In this document: piece after piece, positions 22,101-30,988 of the stretch | Layout of the letters: each line of letters begins with the position of its first letter | How positions within the stretch are numbered: the stretch's first letter is position 1 | NCBI GenBank assembly: GCA_050506795.1 | Contig: JBJHCF010000003.1 | Coordinates: forward strand, 128,001-192,000 | Origin: Opitutia bacterium | GTDB taxonomy: Bacteria; Verrucomicrobiota; Verrucomicrobiia; Opitutales; T3Sed10-336 | Direction: 5' to 3' | DNA: 64,000 bases | Program-made: the position numbers and the translations under genes | Notes under the pieces: model-generated | Seen by the model: the letters and a program-made list of their open reading frames with translations, nothing else | Told to the model about the DNA's origin: nothing | Databases searched by the model: none

Positions 22101-22306
22101 AGCGACTCAAACAGGCGGAGCCGGTCGACTCTCCCGGATCGGTGTTTCCAAGCCACTTGGGTGCGATAGCGACGCGCGAAACGTCGGGGACATGCGGGGA
22201 GGCGGGAGGAGTTTCCAAGCCACTTGGGTGCGATAGCGACTTCGGCAGCTTGGCTCGGGATCGAATTGTTTCTTTTGTTTCCAAGCCACTTGGGTGCGAT
22301 AGCGAC
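19167..22306 (-). CRISPR. CRISPR array, 48 repeats / 47 spacers; repeat GTCGCTATCGCACCCAAGTGGCTTGGAAAC (30 nt), spacers about 35-38 nt
   Basis: Repeats counted by hand from 19167 to 22277 (start positions); orientation from the 3' GAAAC end and the leader next to cas2. Confidence 0.98.
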
Positions 22307-22452
22307 CCCGCGATTCTGGCGGGATCTGGATAGCAAAAGCCTTTTGGAATGCGGTTTGCGCGGTATGTTCGATTTAGGTTTGACTCAATTTTCTCTGTCG
22401 ATCCCCGGTGATGTTTTCACGTTCCCGTTCAGTCATAATGTGCATTGGTTGG
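22307..22452 (-). promoter_or_regulatory. CRISPR leader
   Basis: Non-coding, relatively AT-rich segment between the cas2 stop and the first repeat. Confidence 0.8.
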
Positions 22453-22713
22453 TCAGAGGATATTGGAAACATGTCCTTCGCCCGTGCCAAGTTCTTCTTT
22501 TTCGAGCATCTTTTCGTTATCGACCTTAAAGAAGACGATGTAGCTACTCGGATGGCGTACTTTTTTCAGGAGATGCTTGATTTCAACATATTGAGCTTCA
22601 GTCACGTTTCCTTCGAAAACGGAACGTTGATTCCACATCAAATGCTTTTTCAGTGACTTGTGGAGCTTCGCGCAGTTTTTCCGGTCCGTGTCGTAAACAA
22701 TAATCAGATACAT
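22453..22713 (-). CDS. cas2: CRISPR-associated endonuclease Cas2
   Basis: YLIIVYD, WNQRSVFEG motifs; 86 aa; next to cas1 and the array. Confidence 0.95.
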   Translation of the reverse strand: MYLIIVYDTDRKNCAKLHKSLKKHLMWNQRSVFEGNVTEAQYVEIKHLLKKVRHPSSYIVFFKVDNEKMLEKEELGTGEGHVSNIL

Positions 22714-22752
22714 CGAGAATACGGTTCAAAGTTTCAATTCTCAGGTTCGTGT

Positions 22753-23799
22753 TCAGTAGTTGATTCGGTGAGGTTCGTAGGGCGCGTCTTCCAAAAGGTG
22801 CTTGATCAGCTTGTAGCAGTCGAGCCGGAGCAATTGTCGGTAGGAAACATGACGATTCAGCCGCGGGTGCGCGACAGTCGTCTTCAAGAGTTCGTCCCAG
22901 CGTTCAAGGATTTTCTTCCGCGAGGCATCCTTGAGAAGGACTCCGTTTGAGTGGGCGTGAAAATCGGAGGCGCCGATCTCCTGTCGGTCCCATAGGCGGA
23001 ATAGAAGGCGGTCGACCAGCATGGGTTTGAAGGGTTCGACCAAATCGAGGGCGAGGGAGAAGCGACGAGACTGGGGGGAATGGAGATAGCTGATCCCCGG
23101 GTAAAGGGCGGTCCGGTAGAGTTCGGACACCATGGCGGTGTAGAGAAGAGAATTCAGAAACGAGATGAGGGCGTTGAGGGGGTTGTCGGGCGGGTGGTAC
23201 TTGCGAGTGAATTTTTGGCCGGAGTCCGGGAGCCAATGTCTCCAGCATCCGTAGTAGTAGCGGCGTGCGGAGCCTTCCAATCCCATTTGACCGTCGGTAT
23301 CCGGGGTCTGGTCGATCTGGTTCCGGAGGGCTTCGCTTTTCGATATTTCGGCGGCGACATCGGCGCCGCGTCGCTGATAGTACCGGAGATTCGACAGGAG
23401 ATTCCGAAAGGTTGCGTGCAGAATCTTTCCGGAAATATGAAGGCGCCGTTGCGGATCGCGGAACGCCTCCCCCTGGCGGATCACAAGGTCGCCGGAGAGT
23501 TGTTCTCCGTGGGGCAGAAACGTCCCGGAATGGTGACCGTAGTAATTAAAGAAGTGAACGGGAATTTTCTTTTGGGCGAGAAAGTTGAGCAGCTTCGAAT
23601 TTAGGGAGGTTTCGCCGAAAACGTAAATCGCATCGACGCTTTCGACCGGGAGGTGAACGCGTTTGTCGTGAGCGCCGTCTTCGAGTATGGGCGAATCTTC
23701 GTCGGAAAAAACGCTGTCTTCGGACAGGGTAACCAGTTCGAAGGTCAGACTGTTGTCTTTACGCCGCAGCCGTCCGGATCGTGTCAGGTAAAGGTTCAT
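22753..23799 (-). CDS. cas1: CRISPR-associated endonuclease Cas1 (type I-B-like)
   Basis: SGRLRRKDNSL, HFFNYYG, MGLEG..RRYYY, PPDNPLNALISFLNSLLY, ISYLH, SLALDLVEPFKP. Confidence 0.97.
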   Translation of the reverse strand: MNLYLTRSGRLRRKDNSLTFELVTLSEDSVFSDEDSPILEDGAHDKRVHLPVESVDAIYVFGETSLNSKLLNFLAQKKIPVHFFNYYGHHSGTFLPHGEQLSGDLVIRQGEAFRDPQRRLHISGKILHATFRNLLSNLRYYQRRGADVAAEISKSEALRNQIDQTPDTDGQMGLEGSARRYYYGCWRHWLPDSGQKFTRKYHPPDNPLNALISFLNSLLYTAMVSELYRTALYPGISYLHSPQSRRFSLALDLVEPFKPMLVDRLLFRLWDRQEIGASDFHAHSNGVLLKDASRKKILERWDELLKTTVAHPRLNRHVSYRQLLRLDCYKLIKHLLEDAPYEPHRINY

Positions 23800-23911
23800 T
23801 CGGGCTTTGAATTTTGGATCGCGGATTTTCGATTACACAAGGGGAACGGATGTATTGATGGCGGAGGGCAGATGAACGTTCAAGCAAGCTGGAAGCATGC
23901 TCAACTTTCGT

Positions 23912-24418
23912 TCAGGAAAAACAAAATTCGAAGAAGGCGCAGCTCTTGCAGTAAGGAAGTTTCACGACCGATGGAGGGCGGTCCCGGGAGATGACTTGCC
24001 GGGCTTCGGCCAGGGCGTCCTCTACCTCCCGATGGAACGCGCCGTTCCACTCGATCTCCTTCGTTCGTTTTTGTTTGGGATAATGAATGCGGGCGCCGCG
24101 GATGTCGATGCCGTGGTCACGCATCCACACCATGTAGTACTTGACCTGAAGCTCGTCGGCGTAAGCCGGCGTTTTACCTTTCTTGGTCTCGTGAAGTATC
24201 CCTTGTTTGAACTCCGCCCAATCGATCACGCCGACATCGCCGAGGGGAATGTCCTTTTCCTTCCGGTCGAAAGTCGAGTTTTGGATGTGCTTCCCGATCT
24301 TCACGTTGACGTGAGCGTTTTCCGGCTTGATGCCGTGTGTGTGCAGCCAGAGTTTGCGGCGGCAGATTTTCAGGTAGGTCAGCGCCGTGGCGGTAACGGG
24401 AGCGGGCGGGCTTGACAT
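23912..24418 (-). CDS. cas4: CRISPR-associated exonuclease Cas4
   Basis: CRRKLWL, IG.HI, HETKK, QVKYY, C-terminal CKSCAFFEFC Fe-S cysteines; start placed at MSSPPAP. Confidence 0.93.
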   Translation of the reverse strand: MSSPPAPVTATALTYLKICRRKLWLHTHGIKPENAHVNVKIGKHIQNSTFDRKEKDIPLGDVGVIDWAEFKQGILHETKKGKTPAYADELQVKYYMVWMRDHGIDIRGARIHYPKQKRTKEIEWNGAFHREVEDALAEARQVISRDRPPSVVKLPYCKSCAFFEFCFS

Positions 24419-24448
24419 GGCCATGTTTTTAGAGGAACCTGGCCATGC
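24412..24448 (+). promoter_or_regulatory. Putative phd-vapC promoter/operator overlapping the cas4 start codon
   Basis: TTGACA at 24412-24417; perfect palindrome ACATGGCCATGT at 24415-24426; second TGGCCATG at 24440-24447; the -10 element is weak. Confidence 0.55.
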
Positions 24449-24449
24449 G

Positions 24450-24785
24450 ATGCAAGTGAAAACCGCGGAGTTAAAAAACAACCTGAGCAAGTATCTGCGA
24501 CGAGTGCGGGAGACCGGGGAGTCGATAACCGTTTGCGACCGGGACAGGCCGGTGGCGGTTCTTTCGCCGTTGCCGGCGGAGCAAGTCGAGGTGGTGGAGA
24601 ATCGCGAATGGCTGAAGGAGCGGGAACGGATATTGAAGAAAGCGAAGCGGTTCGGCGTTCGCCTCACCATGCCCAAAAAGAAGCCGCGACCGATGCGGGA
24701 ACTCGGGATTTATCCGACGGTGGCGCCGGACGGGCGGACGGACATCAAGACGATCGACCTGGTGCGCGGCGGACGCGATTATTGA
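24450..24785 (+). CDS. Phd/YefM-family antitoxin
   Basis: MQVKTAELKNNLSKYLRRV.ETGESITVCDRDRPVAVLSP is a typical prevent-host-death N-terminus; upstream of a PIN gene. Confidence 0.88.
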   Translation: MQVKTAELKNNLSKYLRRVRETGESITVCDRDRPVAVLSPLPAEQVEVVENREWLKERERILKKAKRFGVRLTMPKKKPRPMRELGIYPTVAPDGRTDIKTIDLVRGGRDY

Positions 24786-24791
24786 GGAGCG

Positions 24792-25193
24792 ATGGTAACC
24801 TACTGGGACACGAGCGCGCTGCTCGCCTTGCTTTTCGAAGAAGTGCATTCCGCTCGGGCAAAGGCGGCCAACGACCGGACTGATTCCTTCCTTGCCTGGC
24901 GATGGATCGAAGTTGAGGCGCGCCTCGGGTGCGACCGACGAAACGCAAATCCGATCCAGCTGGATTTTCTCGACCGGTGGTTGAGCAACGCGGAATACGC
25001 AAATCTTCAGGAAGACGACTATCCCGTACTGATCGACCTCGGTCTCCGCCACAAACTCCGCGCTGCCGACGCCGGACACCTGCACTCCCTTCTCCAGGTC
25101 CGCCGCCTCTTTCCCGAGATCGCTTTTGTCTGCTTCGACGAAGCCCTGACCGCCGCCGCGAAGGCGGAAGGAGTTGCGGTTTGGGAGGGGTGA
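24792..25193 (+). CDS. vapC: PIN-domain (VapC-family) toxin
   Basis: YWDTSALL, E, LRAADAGHL, FVCFDEAL..AA..EG acidic PIN motifs; GAGGAG RBS. Confidence 0.88.
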   Translation: MVTYWDTSALLALLFEEVHSARAKAANDRTDSFLAWRWIEVEARLGCDRRNANPIQLDFLDRWLSNAEYANLQEDDYPVLIDLGLRHKLRAADAGHLHSLLQVRRLFPEIAFVCFDEALTAAAKAEGVAVWEG

Positions 25194-25207
25194 GTGGGCG
25201 CAGTCAG

Positions 25208-27562
25208 TTATATTACGATTCCTGGGCCTCCCACAGGCGTTTCAGAAAATTCCAAACCTCGATCAGCACTGTAAGGCTGGTCCGCCAACATAATTCGGTG
25301 TTCGGAACAGCGTGTGATCAATTGCTTGGCGCTCAGCATCCTGAAATGACCGTGCGAAATTGGAACCGTTAACATCCCGGCCTCAAGGTATCTTCCTTCG
25401 GCATGAAGCTCCAGGAATTCCTGGAAGAGAGATGATGGAAGAATTTCAGTTCCGTCGAAAAGGGCTTCGAACTGCTCAACGGCATCTTCGTCGGACTGGA
25501 ACGCGATCAGCCGCTTCGAACCACAAATGCTCTCGAACGCTTCAATACCATTTTCAATACACTCTTCGATTATTTGCCGTTCCGGAGCGTAGATTTCATC
25601 CAGCCATTCCGACACCGTTGCTTCATCCAAGATTTCCCCATCATGTTTTTTTAAGTGTTCGACCGTCCGATGAAGCAGAGCCTCCTGCCCATAAGGACGT
25701 CTCCAATCCACAGGTTCATTGAAAACGATGACAGGGCGGTGATCGTGTAACCGCCGGCGATTAACCCGCCCAAAACGCTGAAAGAGAGCTTCCAATGGGG
25801 CGGGTTCGGTGAACAGAACATCAAAGTCCACGTCCAGGCTTACCTCGACAACTTGCGTAGCTGCCACAATCAACCCCTTTCCGTCCTGAGAATTCGTGCA
25901 TTTTAAAACGTAATCCTCTTTTTCAAAGCGATCACGTGCGGTAAACCGGCTATGAAGCAGCAACACTTCCAGTTGATCCTCTGATTCGCGAAGCGCTGAA
26001 AAAACCTCTTGCGCCGTCTTAACCATATTGGCGACGACCAGAACTTTCATTCCTAGCCGGGCTTTTATCAGAATTTCTTGTATTGATGCCTCAGCCGTTA
26101 CTGGACCACTTATGACCGTCATGCGATGCCGCTTGAATTCTTCGAATAATGCAGGCGCTGCTTCCACTTTCGCGCATGGGGCTAGTGCCTCGGCGCAGCG
26201 TTCGTTGAGCCAAGTCGGCATGGTAGCCGACATGCAAAGGATCCGGCCCTGGCACTGCTCGCGTAGAGCTCGAAGCAGCCCGAGTATCAGGCCAAGGCGC
26301 TTCGGCTCGTAGCCATGAATTTCGTCGAGGATGAACCGGCCATGTCGCAGCATAAGCCATTGGGCTTCGTAACCGGGCAGCCGAAATGCCGCTCGCAGGA
26401 GCTGGTAAGGAGTGGCGACCATCACGGGGTTTGTGGCCAATTTCGAAAGCGAACGACTTTGCTTTGCCCGATGAGACGCTGTAAGAAAGTCCACACCCTG
26501 TTCGTCCAGGTCCCGATAAAGCGCAGCCGTGGCGCGACTGTGTAAAAGAGCGGTTTGTGCTTCGCCAAATTCGTATCTGTCACGAATTCGTTGATACATG
26601 GCATTGATGCTCGCTTGAAACGGAAGGACATAAAATAGTGATGGCGCACCCGCCGCCGTTTCCAGATTCCGTTTTGCCCAGAATAGAGCCGCTTCGGTCT
26701 TGCCACTTCCCGTCGGAGCTCGCAGGAGGACGTTTCCTTCGATTTCTCCACACTCGCGTTGGTGTTCAAACCAGTCGGTCCGTGTGCGCGCCAAGAATTC
26801 GATTCTCTCCAAATTTGGCTTGGAAAGCGTCTCGGCACCAGCACTGGCGAGACGGTCGGCTTCGAGGATTAGCCCGCGCAGGACTAGAAGCTGACGACGG
26901 AGACGGGGGTTACCGTTCCTGTTGCGAAAAGACGATTTCTGTTCTTTGAAAAGGCAATCGAAAATTCTCAAAGCCGCTTGGATCAGTTCAGGTGCTTTCT
27001 GAAAGAAACCAGCAAGCTCCTTTTGGCTGAAAGCTAAGCACGTCGCCGGAAGATCTCCGACAACGGCAGATCGAGCGGTGTCTGCCTCTTCCACCGTCCA
27101 CCGCCAAAGAGCGTCGATAATATCGTAGGAGATTTCCGAGCGCCATCTTTCATCTATAACGGATTCGGAAATCTCCGGTTGATCGGTTATGTAAGTTCGT
27201 TCGATAAAATCATGGTCGCGGTGATGGGAAACGACCGCCGCGGCCGCGAACTTGAACTCTTCGCTGTCCGGCTCAAACACCCAAGCTAAGAACGGCAGAG
27301 ACAAAACCTCATGGCGATATCCCCAAGGGGTCTTCGTCCGCAGTTGGCGCTGGAACCCGGGAGCCGCTTTCCCGAAATCATGAAACCAAACTGCCCAAGA
27401 GACGATTTGCCATAGTTGCGGGAGTTCGATCTCGTCCGCTAAAGCCGGTAATCGCTGGCGCAACTGCCCCAAGCGACGCATTACTTGCCGGGTATGTTCA
27501 GGTAGCGTCTCGCCGCCTGGCACAGGGCTTTTGGCGTAGAACCTTTCTGCCTCAATCGGCAT
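25208..27562 (-). CDS. cas3: CRISPR-associated helicase/nuclease Cas3 (HD + SF2 helicase)
   Basis: TLPEHT, HDFGKA, HEVLS, SHH, ADRLAS, APTGSGKTE, LDEIH, MSAT, HSRF, ATQVVEVSLDVDFD, QRFGRVNR. Confidence 0.97.
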   Translation of the reverse strand: MPIEAERFYAKSPVPGGETLPEHTRQVMRRLGQLRQRLPALADEIELPQLWQIVSWAVWFHDFGKAAPGFQRQLRTKTPWGYRHEVLSLPFLAWVFEPDSEEFKFAAAAVVSHHRDHDFIERTYITDQPEISESVIDERWRSEISYDIIDALWRWTVEEADTARSAVVGDLPATCLAFSQKELAGFFQKAPELIQAALRIFDCLFKEQKSSFRNRNGNPRLRRQLLVLRGLILEADRLASAGAETLSKPNLERIEFLARTRTDWFEHQRECGEIEGNVLLRAPTGSGKTEAALFWAKRNLETAAGAPSLFYVLPFQASINAMYQRIRDRYEFGEAQTALLHSRATAALYRDLDEQGVDFLTASHRAKQSRSLSKLATNPVMVATPYQLLRAAFRLPGYEAQWLMLRHGRFILDEIHGYEPKRLGLILGLLRALREQCQGRILCMSATMPTWLNERCAEALAPCAKVEAAPALFEEFKRHRMTVISGPVTAEASIQEILIKARLGMKVLVVANMVKTAQEVFSALRESEDQLEVLLLHSRFTARDRFEKEDYVLKCTNSQDGKGLIVAATQVVEVSLDVDFDVLFTEPAPLEALFQRFGRVNRRRLHDHRPVIVFNEPVDWRRPYGQEALLHRTVEHLKKHDGEILDEATVSEWLDEIYAPERQIIEECIENGIEAFESICGSKRLIAFQSDEDAVEQFEALFDGTEILPSSLFQEFLELHAEGRYLEAGMLTVPISHGHFRMLSAKQLITRCSEHRIMLADQPYSADRGLEFSETPVGGPGIVI

Positions 27563-28277
27563 TGGAGAAATGGTGAAACTCAATCAAGTGAGGTTCCCCG
27601 GGCGACAGCGCCGCATCCGCCCAGAGTTCCAGCGATCCATCAAGGCAAACAGCGCGATTTGGTCCGGCCAATAGAAATTGGGAGACGGCGATGTACAAGC
27701 CCCACGATCTATTTTCCCGATTCGTAGGGTCCATCACCCTTGGCATTCGGAGCATTTCACCGGCGGGGAGAACCTCGGCCATCTCAGGAGAAAACAATCC
27801 GGGACCCAAGCGACCATGGTTCGCCTTTTCCAGCGTAACCTTCGTGACCGTTCTGATCGAAGCCAGATCCTGAGATCGTCCCAAAACCGGCGGATAGCGA
27901 GGGGAACGAAAAGCATTTATCCAGAAATCCAGAGATTCACCCGCCAAATACAACGTCAATCGGGGAAAGATCAACCATTCGCGCGGCAGGATATTGCTGT
28001 TCCCCTCGAGGTTGAATTCTTTCGATGGACCCCGGGTCGATTTGTTTGGCTCCAAAAACCAAATTTTTTCGATATCGTCGATCCGCTCACCTTCGCATTC
28101 AAAGCGATAAGCGAATGAAATACTGGCCGGGTCCGGAGGGATTCCGGCAGCACAGGTCAACAGACCGTAAATTGTCGAAGGAGGCGGCATCGGGAATGTT
28201 GGCTGCCGCCCAATCAGAAAATGCGGAAAGCGAAACGAGGCGGTAGGGCCGCTAATTTCAATGCGCAAGGCATTCAT
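27552..28277 (-). CDS. cas5: CRISPR-associated protein Cas5 (Cas5t-like)
   Basis: TASFRFP..PTFPMPPPSTIYGLL, LGRSQDLA. Confidence 0.93.
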   Translation of the reverse strand: MNALRIEISGPTASFRFPHFLIGRQPTFPMPPPSTIYGLLTCAAGIPPDPASISFAYRFECEGERIDDIEKIWFLEPNKSTRGPSKEFNLEGNSNILPREWLIFPRLTLYLAGESLDFWINAFRSPRYPPVLGRSQDLASIRTVTKVTLEKANHGRLGPGLFSPEMAEVLPAGEMLRMPRVMDPTNRENRSWGLYIAVSQFLLAGPNRAVCLDGSLELWADAALSPGEPHLIEFHHFSNAD

Positions 28278-28288
28278 ACTCTCTTAAA

Positions 28289-29362
28289 TCAATTGAACCA
28301 ATCCGGGTTTTTATCGACTAAATCGGCGAGACGCTCAAAGGCATGCCGCGGATGGCAGAGTTCCAGTCCATGGGGGAAACTGCTCTGAAGTTTTTCGAGG
28401 TTCGATTTGAGTTTCAGACGGCCTTCCTCGCAATATCCGGTCGTCCATCCGACGAATACGGGAGAAAGAGTTTGATCTCCCCACACTTCCCCGGCTTCCC
28501 GGAGTGAATCGAGCGCGGGGGTAATCTCTCCGTTTTCCATTGCCTGAACGCTGTATTGGAAAGGGTTGTTCGCACCCTTGAACGCGGCGGCAATGACGAT
28601 GACCGGCGATACGTCCGTATAATGCAATCCCAGTTTGGCACCACCAGACACATGCGGCACAGCTCTGAGCAGCATTCCGACACGGTTTTGCCTTGTTTTG
28701 ATAGGAAGCCGGAATGCCTTATTCGGTTCGTCGTTTTCAAGGTTCTTTTCTTCGCAGAGCTTCCTTCGTTCCTTATCCAGATTCAGATGCCCGGTCTGGT
28801 TAAGGTAGGAAAACGAGCCGGAGGTCGAAAGGTCGAGGGAAAACAATCCTTTTAGCGCGGTCTTGTAGAACTGATGCTCGTGCGGCACCGCATCGCCTTC
28901 ATGCCGGCTCATGGTTCCGAAGTCAGAGGTGATTCCATCGGTCATTCCGACTAAAGTTCCCACGCGAAAGGGAGAAACACGCGTTATGGTGACTTTCGCC
29001 TCAACCGGGGTTGCGCCCACCATCGTTGCCCGGCTTTCAGCTGCCTCGACCTTCTTTCCTGGCGCTCGCATATAACCGAAAAGGTCGTCGTCACTATAAC
29101 GGATAGGATTGGCATCGGTGTAGGCTACCTTTGCCTCTCGATAAATCGGGGCTCGTTCCCATTCGTCCGGGTAGAGCCTCTCGACGGTCTCGCGAAGCCA
29201 CCGTCGATAAGCTTGGGCGGAAACATAGGGATATTGTTTGCGACCGACACGAAGAAACTTGGTTGCGACAGCATTCTCCATTGTCGTGCCAGACGCTGCG
29301 CCAGCATTGTTCAATGCGCTCCCAGGGGCGTCGATAATTTGAATTCCGGTTATATGGGCCAT
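28289..29362 (-). CDS. cas7: CRISPR-associated protein Cas7 (Cst2/DevR family)
   Basis: SALNNAG, YPYVSAQAYRRWLR, NPIRYSDDDLFGYMRA, RVSPF, GGAK..HYTDVSP. Confidence 0.93.
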   Translation of the reverse strand: MAHITGIQIIDAPGSALNNAGAASGTTMENAVATKFLRVGRKQYPYVSAQAYRRWLRETVERLYPDEWERAPIYREAKVAYTDANPIRYSDDDLFGYMRAPGKKVEAAESRATMVGATPVEAKVTITRVSPFRVGTLVGMTDGITSDFGTMSRHEGDAVPHEHQFYKTALKGLFSLDLSTSGSFSYLNQTGHLNLDKERRKLCEEKNLENDEPNKAFRLPIKTRQNRVGMLLRAVPHVSGGAKLGLHYTDVSPVIVIAAAFKGANNPFQYSVQAMENGEITPALDSLREAGEVWGDQTLSPVFVGWTTGYCEEGRLKLKSNLEKLQSSFPHGLELCHPRHAFERLADLVDKNPDWFN

Positions 29363-29411
29363 GACTATTTTTTCTCGCTTGTGTTTATAGAGCTAAAAGC
29401 CTCGCAAACGG

Positions 29412-30896
29412 TCAACGAAGCTCATCGATTGTTTCAATTGCAATTTCGTCCGGGGCGACAACCTCATCGTCTTCCTCACGTCTGAGCGCGGGCCAATTCT
29501 TGAGTTGCTCAAGGCAGCGTATGCGGATCATATCACGCGCTAGGAAAAATCCTCCGTGAGGAACGTTTTCCTCGTCCTCGAAGATCTCCGTAAAATCGTC
29601 CAGGGTGAGGAGAAGTTTGGGTTCGTTCTTCAACAGCTTCAGCGCGGTCCGAACAAGAATTGCGCGGAACGCCGTATAAGAATTGGTGGACTGAGTCCGT
29701 CCCATGATCTGGCTGAAGAGCTTCTTATCGTTTGTTTTCTGGATGATGCCAGAAAGTTCATCGGCCAGGAGTCGTATTTTCTCAATTTGTTCTTTTTTCA
29801 TAAGGATTACAATTCGCAGAAAGACGGAAAGTAGATCCCAGAGCTGAATAGGAGTCGCATCCAGATTCTTTCGGTACCCCGCCAGGTTTTCGGCATAACT
29901 TTGAAAATAGCGTCGAAGGAAGGCTTGGACATTGGCGGGAAGGCTGTAGAGATCATCGTATAAGGAGTTGTTGGAAACCCGATTTTTCTCGTTGGTCAAA
30001 ACATCGTCGGAAGACTCCGTTTTACCCTTCCACCAAAACGCATTGACAAAGGTCAGCCACGACTGCCGAAGGTCTGCCATGTTCACTCGGATTAGGAATC
30101 GTGAGACCATGGGCTGCAGCGAATAAATATCGATGGCGCAACCCTGACTGCTGTTCGACAGAAAGTAGAGAATTACGCCGGGGCGTTTAGTCGAACGCGA
30201 CAAATCCCGTGTGAGTTTGGATTCCGCTGCGAAAATATCATCCAATCGTTGGGCTACACGAGTTTTTTGACCCTTCCTGTCGGGTAACGCTGTTCCATGA
30301 AGTCGAGCTTTCGCGAGATCGGTTTGTTGCTGTTCATACCAACCGAACAAGAAGGAAAGCAGGAGATCTTTGCTTTCCATGGCGACAACCGGCATTCGTC
30401 CGCTTACCACGGGAAGTACTTGAGGAATCGCGAGCAGACAGCCATAGGCGATTCCTGAAAGTGGAATCTCCGCACGGCCGCTAGGATAGAAATTCACCTG
30501 GTTTCGCCCCTGAACCATTGGAAATTGATCCCTCGCCGCCCGGATGACCGCAGGAAACTCCTGGAAGAAAGCACAACGATCAACCGTCGTGTCTTCGATG
30601 TCCGACAGACTGTTCACGAACCCAAACGCTTCCTCAATCGCCTTCTTTCGTTTTTCCCCTTTGAATGCCGGATTATCGAAGCTGTTTGTGGTAAAGAGGA
30701 TTCCAGTTGGCTTCTTCAACAAGCCATCGAGATAATCCTCTTTGATGCGGTTCATCGTTTTTACCCAATCAGTCCAAGTCACCTCGCAAGGATTTCCCAC
30801 CTCACAAGCCAAAACGACTGAGGCCACGCCCGTGTCGATTAGGGGCTCGCCAGTCCACCGGAGGAACTTAGAGCGGTTGGTTCTGGTATCGGTCAT
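29412..30896 (-). CDS. cas8: Cascade large subunit Cas8 (Cst1, Cas8a1/b1-like)
   Basis: N-terminal WTGEPLIDTG, FPMVQG..NFYP, YFLSN motifs; lies directly upstream of cas7-cas5-cas3. Confidence 0.8.
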   Translation of the reverse strand: MTDTRTNRSKFLRWTGEPLIDTGVASVVLACEVGNPCEVTWTDWVKTMNRIKEDYLDGLLKKPTGILFTTNSFDNPAFKGEKRKKAIEEAFGFVNSLSDIEDTTVDRCAFFQEFPAVIRAARDQFPMVQGRNQVNFYPSGRAEIPLSGIAYGCLLAIPQVLPVVSGRMPVVAMESKDLLLSFLFGWYEQQQTDLAKARLHGTALPDRKGQKTRVAQRLDDIFAAESKLTRDLSRSTKRPGVILYFLSNSSQGCAIDIYSLQPMVSRFLIRVNMADLRQSWLTFVNAFWWKGKTESSDDVLTNEKNRVSNNSLYDDLYSLPANVQAFLRRYFQSYAENLAGYRKNLDATPIQLWDLLSVFLRIVILMKKEQIEKIRLLADELSGIIQKTNDKKLFSQIMGRTQSTNSYTAFRAILVRTALKLLKNEPKLLLTLDDFTEIFEDEENVPHGGFFLARDMIRIRCLEQLKNWPALRREEDDEVVAPDEIAIETIDELR

Positions 30897-30897
30897 G

Positions 30898-30988
30898 GTT
30901 TGGCGTTGTCCGCATTGACGGGAAAGGAGCTTAGTTCTTTTTTAATGAGAAACATGTTTTCAAGCCACTTTAAGGTACGATAGATTAC
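30898..30988 (-). ncRNA. Putative crRNA-like regulatory RNA (mini-CRISPR: degenerate repeat, 36-nt spacer, highly degenerate second repeat)
   Basis: 30956-30988 minus strand GTAATCTATCGTACCTTAAAGTGGCTTGAAAAC versus array repeat GTCGCTATCGCACCCAAGTGGCTTGGAAAC; spacer 30920-30955; GTC...AAAC remnant 30898-30919; spacer seed matches 31209-31223. Confidence 0.75.

Noticed and set aside
19197..22276. Self-targeting array spacers
   Set aside because: No match to the rest of the window was noticed by eye; this was not an exhaustive search and needs an alignment
19044..22529. Many ORFs with repeating peptides (SLSHPSGLET, VAIAPKWLGN, FPSHLGAIAT)
   Set aside because: These are translations of the CRISPR repeats, not genes
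24421..24435. Possible second target of the mini-CRISPR spacer at the phd-vapC promoter (ATGTTT)
   Set aside because: Only 6 contiguous nt match and the flanking triplet is GCC, not CCA
23912..24676. Long 254-aa version of Cas4 in the ORF track
   Set aside because: The N-terminal extension is the antisense of the antitoxin gene; Cas4 similarity starts at ~24418
30921..30983. Plus-strand SD-like GGAAAGGAG followed by mini-ORF MRNMFSSHFKVR (CreT-like RNA toxin idea)
   Set aside because: SD-to-ATG spacing is about 15 nt, there is only one AGA codon, and the sequence is already explained by the opposite-strand spacer and stem
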